DNA from: Haliotis rubra | Lineage: Eukaryota | Length of the DNA stretch: 64,000 nt | Direction: 5' to 3' | NCBI RefSeq assembly: GCF_003918875.1 | Contig: NW_025764955.1 | Coordinates: 124,001 to 188,000 of the forward strand | Part shown: positions 41,601 through 53,600 of the stretch, piece after piece | Layout: each line of letters starts with the position of its first letter | Position numbering within the stretch: the first letter of the stretch is position 1 | The notes under the pieces: generated by a model | The model's input: the letters and a program-made list of their open reading frames with translations, nothing else | The model's database searches: none | Told to the model about the DNA's origin: nothing | Program-made: the position numbers and the translations under genes

Positions 41601-44600
41601 CGTGTGAATTTCCATGCTGGAAACCAACACAAATATTATACTTCCAGGTATTCAAACAGTCGTAGCGGTCAAATGGTATCAACCAATTGTGTAAAGATAA
41701 GTTTCTATTTACACATTTGTGAGTATATATGGAAAGCTATTATTATATGCACTATTCCTTCACCAGGTCATAAACCCGGTAGCTGGTATAGTTCGCAAGA
41801 CTGGCGCGTCTGAGGTCACCATCAAACCGACTGATTCAGACTTCAAACAGTATGAGATTATCATAGCCAACATTAATCCCTCAGTTGGCGATGAGGATAA
41901 ACATTTTGAACAGGCACAGGTAATAGGAACATCGGGAGGCAACAACGGGTGTGACTGGCCTCACATCCATCTTGCTGTTAAGAAGAAATCCCAAGGCCCG
42001 GGTGATGACTTGTGCTTCTACATGGACCCTTCACCCTTTGTCGATACTTTGAAACTAAAACCTGTCTGGCATCAAGAATGCAAAGACTTCACATTTAAAC
42101 ACATCGGACAGGTTGCAGATCTGATATCGATGCCAAATGTCTTGTCAGAGGTCATCGGAAAGCTGAAGCGAGAAGCACTAGACTGGCTGAAAGGGTATTC
42201 TGTTAAACTGCTCAACAAAATCATTCCCCCAGATTCGGAACTAGGGAAGGCCATGAGCTTCATAAGCAGTAAGCTCGGATCTCTGTCTGACGTAACACAA
42301 CTGTTCACAGGATTAGGGTAATTACCATAATTATTCTGTGTGCGATTGCGATGAACTTTGCATAATTGTGAAAACATAATTTGTTTTCTGTCATATTATA
42401 TTCAAAAGCATTTTTCAACTTACAAACCTTTACATGTTTTCAAGTGTGAGCAATAAATCTTTGATGAATATATTTCAGGGGCCATATGAATAATTTCCTC
42501 TCAACAATAAAAGCCAATGTCAAGGGGAAGGCTTTTGGAGCATTTTCTGGAATGTTAATGGCAAATGACCGCTTGAAGAGCCGTTTTCCAAAACTGTCTC
42601 GTTTGATTGGAAACGCAACGTCATTACTGAAGAAAGTACCAATCGGGAATCTGAAAACATTTGCTACTGGTGGTCTTGGTAAACATCTTGGACGATTTGG
42701 AATTCTACCCAAAGGAGGGAGATTAGCCAGCACGTCTCTCCTGAAGACTTCCATGTTTAAAAGTAAGAACCCCCACAACGATGTCAATAAAACTCTAAAG
42801 TTTCATAATCCATAGAAATTAATATAGCAACCCTGCATATGTATGTTAGAGACCGTTTAACTCCTTGATTAAGGTAAACATTATTCATGTGTTATATGAA
42901 ATAGCATGGCTTAGTGAATACACAATATTAATGTCATTTAGAAAGTGGTAAAATGTGGACTCAACCCAACAAAAGTACTAAAATATGTACTTTCCTAAGA
43001 AAGTATAATTCCAAATATAATATATGTTGCTAGTTTCGTAGTTATTACGACTTGACTCTTCACGAATACACTTTTCATGTCATTAATATGACTTGCGTTA
43101 TCTGTGGTTGAATGGTGGAACAAGGCGGTGTACTTCGGAGGGCAAAGATACGTCGTAATTATGCACCTTGATTTGCCAGTACCACATCCTTGCTCATGAG
43201 TTTCTACCAAGGCTGTACACGCTAAGGGCTTTAATGACTTAAGGAGGTTGGATACAAAATAACAAAATGTCAAGAAATTGCTAAATTTGGTTCATTTTGT
43301 AGAAAAATGTGTCCCGAATCTAATTATGTAATAAACATAGCAAGTCACCACGGCATTTGTTTGACAAGTGGCGCCCCCTTGTGGCACCGTCTGTAAAAAA
43401 GTAATATGTCATAAAGGTTCTCTTAAAAGTAAATTGTTAACTTTTGTTATTCAATATGTGTTTTTTTATATAGATATTTCAGTATTGAAATGAAATAAAG
43501 CAGGAAAATCAATTTCCAAGGCAGTATGCAGGATTTGACACATTAACTTCTTAAAAAACAGGAATTACAAAAGAAATAGTGATTCATCAATGAAAAAAAG
43601 ATTAATATAACAAGATCTTTGTATAAAATGAATTTATATATAGTAAATTCATACTACATTAATATTCAAAAATGAAAAAAAATTATATTACCAGAGAGAA
43701 TCAACATTATCTCCAATGAAAACAGCATACCCATATTCAATTTGATAAGGGGAGATAACTCTCGCCCAGGTTTACCTCAGGATAAATGTTTGTGTGGCCA
43801 AAATATCATGAAGTATGATTAGAAGTAAGATAAAGGGAAATTACTGCGTAACATAAATACGCTCTCCTACTGTCACATCCCGTCGCATACGGTATGCGTA
43901 CAAACCACGGTACCCAACCTCTTAAACTCTTTCATCCAAAGTCAAGATGACATGAGTACATCATGTTACTAAGTATTATTCAAAACACGTTAAACTCCAA
44001 CTGGTACAACTGAGCCGCTGTCCGATGTGCCTCCTCACACTTGAGCAAATATACCCTTTTCCAAATTTCATAGTAGTTAGTCTTTAGTATGAAGTTTAAA
44101 TATCGATGTAACTTAGTTGGATTCATGTTGTCACATTTTGGTTTCAGTGTGTGAAAATTTCAAGACTGGCTTCCTGTTTGGACATGACCAGATGTGTACA
44201 GCTAATGAAGATTGTCTTGGATTCTCTTGTCACATTGATATACCGCTGAGCCGTATCAAGGGTGGGATCTCATTGAAAGTCAGGGTTCATCCTCTTGAGG
44301 CTAAGGTTGATGTTGAACTGAACGGTGAAGGAAAGATTGCTCCTAAAGGTAACGCTATGGATTTTAAATTCGCAAGTAATGGTAGACATGTTATAAATTA
44401 TGGTGACAATTGACCTGGCTTTCCTTGTGTTTGTAATTGATGGCAGAGGGACAGGATATGCCCACGTTTTCGCGAATACCAGATGTGGCCACTTTTTTAC
44501 ACTTATTGATATATCAATGCAGTTGGCCACTTTTTTACACTTATTGATATATCAATGCAGTTGATTTAGTCAGCATCTGCCTAACAAATATTTCTTATGA

Positions 44601-47600
44601 TTAGATTAATATGTTTTTCTTTCTCAAGATGTTGCCTTTATCGATTGTATTCATGCACTTATCTTATCATTGCATATATAAACTAGCATATAGATTATTT
44701 TCCCCACATAACAAAACCAAAACTAAAAAATATGCTATAGGAATTATAGAAACGAATGAAAGTTTGGCATAATGATTGATAACGTCCTTTCCACATTGTT
44801 GTATAACATATGGTAATAGTGTCTCTGTAATAGGTAACAGTGTCTCCAGGACTGGGGTTCGACTTGGACCAGTCTCATTCAGTCTCCAGAGTTCTGTTGA
44901 AATACAGAGAGGCGGACTGGTAGTCTCTCTATCTGTCAAGCCATGCTACAGATCGATGTGTCTTCATGACATCAAAATCATCAAGCACCTAGCTTTTCAT
45001 CACAGGCACAAGCGGGATATTTCTGGTACGTCGTTTTACAATGCATTTATGTTGATGGCTGTTTAGGGTAGACTAACGATACCGTTGTTATTCTTTGTTT
45101 AACGTTGTCACCGCCTGTTTTCAAATGACCGGATGCTGATCAACCTTCAGTTTTCTGGTGATCTATAGCCCGTTCTAATATTGTACTGTTGTCTCTCCTG
45201 ATATATTTGTATGATAGCGTACTAGTTTTAAATTAAGAGCTGTAATATTCTAGTAGTTTTGCTGTCCTTCGATGACAGGTTTTTACGTTATACATTTGTT
45301 GATTTGAATATGGATATCAACTGTTCTCGTCACGATATGGCTGCAATATTGCCGATGTGACGTTAAATTTTAACTCACTCACTCACTCAAATGACCAGTA
45401 CAAAACTGCCTCCAAACTGGCTTGACAAAACATATCCTGGGGACCGATTTCCTTAAAAGTCTTTGAGAATTATACATATCGACTGAATCTTAATGTACAG
45501 ATGTAGGCAATGGACAGATGTTGACACATTGTATAACGTGATATATATCTATCGGGTAATAGATGACATATGAAGTTAAATTTTGTTAAACATTCTTATT
45601 CATATTTTGATATCACACTCTTAAATGTTTAAAATGTCCCTGAGAGTTATGGCTAATTTCATCAATATCCTGAACCACCGTATTTCCAATAATATTATGG
45701 ATATATTTCAAATTCAGTTTTCTACTCACTGCCTTACAGAACACCCAAAACCTGAAACTGATCATTTTTTAGAAGCCGATCATTTCATAATGGGGCGATT
45801 AGATATTTCTGAAATAGATAATTTGGGTTGAAACTGTACTGGATAAAAAAAATGGTTCATTGGTCATGTCCTGAATGATATAAAATGCGCGTTTTAAAGA
45901 AGTGACAGAAAGTAGTCTATTTATGTGTTCCTTTAATCAATCTTAAGCCCTCCTGTCTTTATCCATACGTGTGTATTTGTAAACAGCTACTATACAGAAC
46001 GGCATTACCAGCCTGGAAAACATGGACCTATCCTCAATCACGGATCAGCTGACTAACCTCAATATCCCTGGCAAAGAGTTCGTAGGACAGATGAATGAAA
46101 TGTTGGATGGAATACGAACAAAGGTGCGACACGTGGTTTCATGAAAATTATAAGTAATGGGCGTTATGTGGAAGATATCTTAGCTTTTCAGAATGTATTT
46201 TATTGAGGAGTGAGAAATAAAGCAAATTTATATTTGGCGTATCTTTCTTAGCTTTGTGCGTCATTTTACGATAAATACATTGGATAGGACGTCACTGAAT
46301 ATAACGAAACGATGTCTTGTTGGTCACAATTTGACCCTTGGCAACCATTTATGTTGTATTTTGTTTGACGCTTCAAAGTCCTGTTCATTCATTTTGGTAC
46401 TTGTCCTGGTGTTAAGTGTATTAAACATATATTTTTACCCAGTGGAATCATGCAGTGAGAACTGCCTGATGAATGCCACGTGTTTGGCAAATTTCAAAAG
46501 CTTATATGAAAGCTGTATCTTACAGAATAGTGTGAATACCCATACAAAATGGTATTCTAATAAAAAAATTTCTTTCCAGATAACAGAAGCAAAAGCTGAC
46601 CCAGTTGGGGCTTTAACGGAGGAGATGAAAGCTGAAGATGATTATGAAGACAAGCAGGATTATCCAAATGGAAAACCCCTCTATTTTCCCTTCTTCCCAC
46701 CAGGCGCCATGACGTTCCCTTATCCAGCAGGGCCAGTTGTATTTGTCATATGTAAGTAACCCCTGAAAGAAGATTGATGATGACTGAGAAAGATTGAGAT
46801 GAGACTAGTGAAGTGAATCCTTGAAACAGCATATTTCAGATTTTGAAAAAATCAGCGATAGTGCGCGTTAATTATCAAACTTCATGGATATTAAAACATC
46901 ACAAAGTGTCATAATCAGCCTGCATCAAATATTGAATACGACTCAATAAATATTGTAGTTCGATATGTCCGCCTCAATGCTTCAACCAGCCGTCAGTCAT
47001 GAGACTTGGCTTCGGAAATGGGAAAATCTGCTATTGCATGTATTCCTCAAATATATATATGTTAATATCATTTCCAAAATAACATAAAACCAACAACAAC
47101 AACAGGATTTAATAGTGGTATATCAACACATCACTGTTTGCTCATGTGTAAGTTCAGCCGCCTCTTCGAGAATCAGTTTCCTCAACCGAACATCTAACAT
47201 TTATTTCCATTACCTTTACTCAAATAGCGATTAAACCAAGTGGTTGCAAACAAAAACAAATAATGATTGCACCCCGCATAAACACATACATAGGCATGTT
47301 AAGTGTTCACCTTATCAATCACGGAAATACATGAGTGTTTTTATCGTTTTCATGACATGAGTATTTATCAATGAAAATATGCATACTCAGACAGACATCA
47401 ACAGAGCTCCCATTGTTTTTATATTTACACAAGTCAGTAAGTTTTGAGGAACCGTATCTTTGTGCTTAACAACCCTGCAAGTATGGGTGGATTCCACCGG
47501 TGTGTGATTTTAGCGATGACGCTAAGTATATTTGTGCGCTGCGTGTCATCGTCTTGGAGGCCGTTAGATGACTCCGTAACGTTGAACAAAGATGGACGTC

Positions 47601-50600
47601 ATTGGCACCAGTATGGACGCGAAGAGCTGCTGGCGCTGAAGGAAACCGCGTTGGAGTTGAAAGGACTTAGAGACTGCTCCCGGAATGTGCATCAGACAAG
47701 GGGAATAATTCAAATTCAGGATCAAAAGTTACTAGGAAACGAGGTTAGCGGGGAGGAGTCCGCCGATGGTTCGGGCAAGCAAATCAAGACCACCTCTTCC
47801 AATTGTTCTATTATCAAACATTAGGTCTCTTGAGAATAAACTTGACGAACTTACGGCAAGCACAAAATATTTGTACGAATTCAGAGACAGTTGCATTCTC
47901 GGTTTCACGGAGACATGGCTATCACCCTCCGTGGACAGTAACACCCTCTATTTGGAAGGATTTGGTACTCCAGTTCGATTAGACAGAGATTCAGATGCTA
48001 CAGGTAAATCTGTTGGAGGAGGTGTAGGTATGTATATACTAGTAAATGAAAAGTGGTATCGTAACTATCTTGTGAGAGAAAGGATATGTTTACCAAACAT
48101 GGAACTTCTATCAGTGTCTATGCGGCCTACTTATCTACCACGTGAATTCGGCCAGATCTTTGCTGTGAGTGTCTACATACCACCCAGTGCCGATAACAAA
48201 CAAACAGCTGATGTAGTTCATAATCATGTTCAATCCCTAGAGCTGATTTGTCCTGATGCGCCGAAATTCACACTTGGAAATTTTAATGGATGTACCCTGA
48301 AGTCTGTGCTCCACACCTACGATCAGTATGTAACATGTTGAACACGGAAAGACAAGATCCTTGACTTGTGTTATGGTAACATCAAGAACGCCTACAAATC
48401 ATATAGTTAACCACCCCTAGGAGTTTCGGACCATAATTCTGTGTATTTGCTGCCCAGATATCGTCAAAAGTTAAAAACAGAGAAGGCTATTGTAATCATG
48501 GAACAGAGAATCTATTGAAACCCTACAAGGATGTTTTGCGTGTACAGATTGAGACATGCTCTATGATGCAGAACAAACATTAGAAGATATGTGTGACGTC
48601 ATTACGGATTATATAATTTTTCGTGTCAACAACATAATACCAGATAAAAAAATCCCAAAATTTTCCCAAACAACAAGCCCTGGATCACAAAAGAAATGAA
48701 ATCTTTAATAAACGAAAAGAAACGAGCATACATGAAGAAAGATAGAATAAAACTCAAATGCATACAGAAGGACATCTTAAAGCTCGTGACTGTAAACTAG
48801 CATACAAAGAGAAAGTTGAGAGACAGTTTCAGCAAAGCTATCGGCAACAAGCCTGGCAAGGCGTGAACACGATGATTGGCAAGAGCAGGCGACCGCAGAC
48901 AACCAACGCTGGGGATAATATAACCTTTGCTGAGGACCTCAACAATTTCTACAGCCGCTTTGATTGTCACGACTTTACCAATGAGAGAGCTCAAGCTAGT
49001 GAAGCCGTACAGGATAGTGAAAGTCATATCCATATATCAGAAGCTGACTTCATTCAAAGCTTCTCCAGAATTAACATCAGAAAAGCCAAAGGACCTGAAA
49101 ACCTTGACGGCATTGTGTTGAAGGAGTGCAGACTTCAACTGTGTACAGTTTTCACTAGATTGTTTCAATTCTCAGTGAATACACACATTATTCCTTTGGT
49201 CTGGAAAACATCAGAAATTGTACCAGTTCCTAAAAGGACACATCCTAAAGAGCTCAACGACTACAGGCCAGTTGCTCTCACATCTATAGCAATGAAGTCG
49301 CTGGAACGCATCTTGTTGAGACATCTCCGTCAGGAAGTTGCCGACATACTGGACAGTTCGCCTACAGGTCAAGGAGAGGAGTTGTTGATGCCACACTGTC
49401 ACTCCTTAATAATGTCTATAAACATCTAGAGACACCTAAGTCATACATCAGGATCCTCTTCGTTGACTTTTCATCTGCGTTCAACACTATCCAGCCATAT
49501 ATCATGATACAGAAACTGTTAGACATGGACGTTAACTCATACCTCATCAAGTGGATCGAAAACTTTCTTGTGGACAGACAGTAGTACGTGAAAATTAACG
49601 GGGCTGTATCGAATAAACGGACCACCAACACTGGTGCACCACAAGGCTGTGTAAGATCTCCTGTTCTTTTCACCCTCTACACTAATGATTGTGCAAGCTC
49701 GAATTTAACCTGTTCACCTGTAAAGTTCGCAGATGATGCAGCAATTGTCAGCAAACTGAACGACACTGATTCTGAAGAACTGTATAAAGAGGACATTACT
49801 CATTTTACGACTTGGTGTGCAGAAAACCACTTACTCGTAAATGTCACTAAAACAAAAGAACTGATAATTTACTTTCGGAGTAAACCCACAGAAATGCTTC
49901 CAGTGATAATCAACGGTGAATGTGTTGAGACAGTGTCGGAGTATAAGTATCTGGGAACCTTCATTGACTCTAAGCTGAACTTGAACTCTAACACTGAAGC
50001 CCTATACAAAACGTGTTAAGATCTCTTAATGTTAACCCATCTGTGATGTCATCTTTTTATGTAGCATTTATTCAGAGTATTTTAACATTTTCCTTCCATT
50101 GTTGGTACGGGTCTCTCTCAGTTCATTTCAAATAAAAAATAGACAAAATTGTTAACACTGTAAGTAAAATCGTTGGAGTCAGATTTGAATGTTTATCATC
50201 AATATATGAGCGGCAAATCGTGAATCAAGCTGTCAAAATGATATATCTGACCGTACTCACTCCTTAAATTCGGAAAACAACCTCCTCCCTTCAGGCCGCC
50301 GCTACAAATTAAAGTTCCAATTGTGAAAACTAAGAGAGCCCGTACATCCTTTATTCCAAGTACCATATCTCTCTTAAGCAAATGTGAAGATACCTAAATC
50401 AAAGAATTTATGTAAATATGTTTGGTATCTCTCTAATGTGTCAGTAGCACTGCTGATGTAACACAAATTCCTGAAAAGGCATTAAAGTATTATTCTATTC
50501 TATTCTTTTCTACTCTATTCTATTCTAAATCATCTCACGGGTATCAGATCAACCATTAATTGAACACCAAATTAGGTGAAGGTCACAAAAGATCGGATTG

Positions 50601-53600
50601 TCAAATTGGCTCACACTTTCCTAATGTGTTTAACTCAAACACCGATCACCTTTGACAAGTGTCCATTTTTATCCCCCAGGCATATAATGCGGGGAACGAT
50701 AGTCAACGCCTCGTTCTTATCTGTCAATATTTCCGTTCAATATTTTCAACGAAATTCGGTAATATGTTTCAAACAGAACCTAAAGTGGTGCTTTTTGGTA
50801 CTCACGGATTTTTTGCAATTTTATTTATTTTGATTTCCATTAAAACAATTTGGACTTGGTTTCCAAAGGAGGGGTGGATTTCCTTCCGGGGCACAACTTG
50901 AAAAGCATGAAAGATTTTTCATCCCAACCTGGTACATGTATTAACCATGGTCGGAAGTAGTGCATTTTGCTATTTCGCTATTTTCCCTGTTTCCATTGAA
51001 ACAAGTTAAATTTTCGGAGCACAACTCGAAAACCGTTCAATATCTTTTATCAAAACTTGCCACATATATCAAACAGATCCTTAGCAGTGCCTTCTGCTAT
51101 TTGCAGAATTTAAACATTTATATTTTTCTTTCTATTCCAGCATGCTACATGCTGTAACCAATGACGCCTTTTCTTATTTAGGAATTTTAAGAAAATATAT
51201 TTGTTTCCTGTTTCCATGGCACCAAATTTACTTTGATTCTGTTCACAGTGATGTGTTTGGCTGAACCATATCTCTAAAACTAATAGGTATTCTTTCATCA
51301 ACCTGTGTGCACACAAAGGTCTGGTTGTGAAATGGTGCCTTTGTGCTACTTTGTTCTTAAGAATTTATGTTGTGTTTGTTTCTATATGTTAGCATGTTTG
51401 ATTTTTGTTTTTGTCAGGACCATATCGCGAAAGAGTATTAAGCATTCTTTCATGACACTACACACACACAAAAGCCAGGATGTCTAATGCTGCCTTTTGG
51501 TATTAGGAATTAATCAAATTTGCATTTTCCCTGTGTACAAAGCTGCAAATCCAAATGAGACAGAAAAATCTCTCATCAAGTAGGACTTTAAGGAACTGTC
51601 AGATGATTTGTACTTTACAATTTGTTTTGATGACTCTTTTAATATGCGGAATTCTAATCCTAATAGAAATTTCGTATTACTTCCAAAGAAAAAAACACAC
51701 TTTTGTCATGTTCATATCGAGATCATTCACACACTAACATATTTGCAGATTTTAAATTCTGGCTGTATACTAGAATACACAGAATACTAGAAACATATTG
51801 TAGCAACACATATGGTTCAATGTTTTCATAGATCATGAGTTGGGTCAAGGTTATTCGACCGAAAGTGCTTTTCAACTGGCAGTTTCTTTCAGACTGTACG
51901 GAAGCGGTGGTATTACACCACCGGAAATGATTATAACATTCTTCTATTATCTGAATTAGTATGCACTTCCTTTAAGTGTCTGACATGATGATATTATGTC
52001 TAAAATGGTCATAACCGTTTTCCTTGCAGCTTTGGATGCTGGAGCAGAACTTGGGCAAGAGATTTCCGTGGATGTACAGACTGTCAAATCAACAATGTCA
52101 GTAAGTGAAATACAAAATCGTATGTAAAGATACTTAAGAGTAATGTAATGAAAAAGAGAAAAGTTCTGATTCTTTAAACTTTCAGTGAATGGGATTTAGA
52201 CAACTGGAAGCAAACTGGGTAGACATACTTCACAGTGAATGGAAATGGATATGAACTCAGGCGGTTGTTCCACTGCCTCACTTGGTTAAGTGTAACTAAA
52301 AAAATAGTTGTTCTCTGACATTATGTTACTACAAACATGGACATGAGTTCCTTGAAATAAGAATTATTTAATGTTTTGTCGTTCTGTTTTGCATTAGACA
52401 AGTATAGGTCCATTTGTTGCCGGAAAAGTCAAAGCATCGTTTGGCATATCGATCATAATTGCATCTGCTGGAATATCTCTCACTGGATGGCTGATGAAAA
52501 CAAGTTTTCCTTTCGTACTGGAGATGAACTACGCAAAAGTACCAACAGTTGCCACGTGAGTACATTTTTTAATCACTGCATTATAGCAAACGCAGATAAG
52601 GTATGGGGCATGTTCTATGCATAGTTTCTGTGGTATCAAATCGTTGACGTTTTGGTGATTATTATATTTTTCAGTGTCGGAACTTTCGAATGATGCAAGA
52701 AATAAATTTGCATTTGTAAACTGTCCAAAAGCACTCAAATACAATTTCCTTTGAAAACATCCGAAATACGGTTTATTCCTGACATACCGTGGAAGTCATT
52801 CCATTCAGCAGCCTTAGCTACCGCCTTTTTGGTCTATCAGGAGACCATATGAGTATATATATGTATGACTGGAACAGCTTAGAAAATTGGGTTACTATGC
52901 AACTAAATTATAAGATAATTCTAAACTTCATCAACGGCAGGCACGTGTCTGAAGGAATGATTTGCTAGCAGTATCACTTCACACTATTTGTTTGTGTGGT
53001 TGTTGTTTACCGTCGCACTCAGCAACAATATTCCACCTATATGGCCGCGATCTATAAATAATCTGTCTGGACCAATCCAGTGATCAGCAGCATGGACATC
53101 GATCTACGAAATTGGGATACGATGAAATGCGTCAAACAAGTCAGTGAGCCTGACCATCCGATCCCCTTGATCGCCTCTTACAACAAGTCGGCTGCTGAAA
53201 ACCACCGGATCTTTACGGGTGCACATCACAGTCTGATTTGTAGGGTAGAATCTCCATATTATTGACAGGATGTTGTGATTGGCTTATGCTTTAGGGATAA
53301 GATATAATCACTCTTGTTATGGTTCCACTTATTGGTCATAATTGTTGTGGATGATAGCATAATGGAAACAAGTCGGACAAATGTTAACAGTCCTACTGAA
53401 CATGGCCAGGACCTCCCATGGGAAGCATTTTAGTTGGAGTTAACATACATGTACTTGTTTAGCAGATCTTGAGGTAAAAAGTGGAACAACGTTCTTCCTC
53501 ACCAATTCTTGTGTGAACCATCGTGTTTTTGCAGGGTGTTGTGAAATTAGCGTCTGCTGTATGATATTTTCAAAGGTACCTGTGTTTGGACAATCCGCAT

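Noticed and set aside
43000-43930. Possible non-autonomous DNA element (a similar case lies at about 21400-22020)
   Set aside because: Repeat-like composition, but I could not define termini or a TSD.
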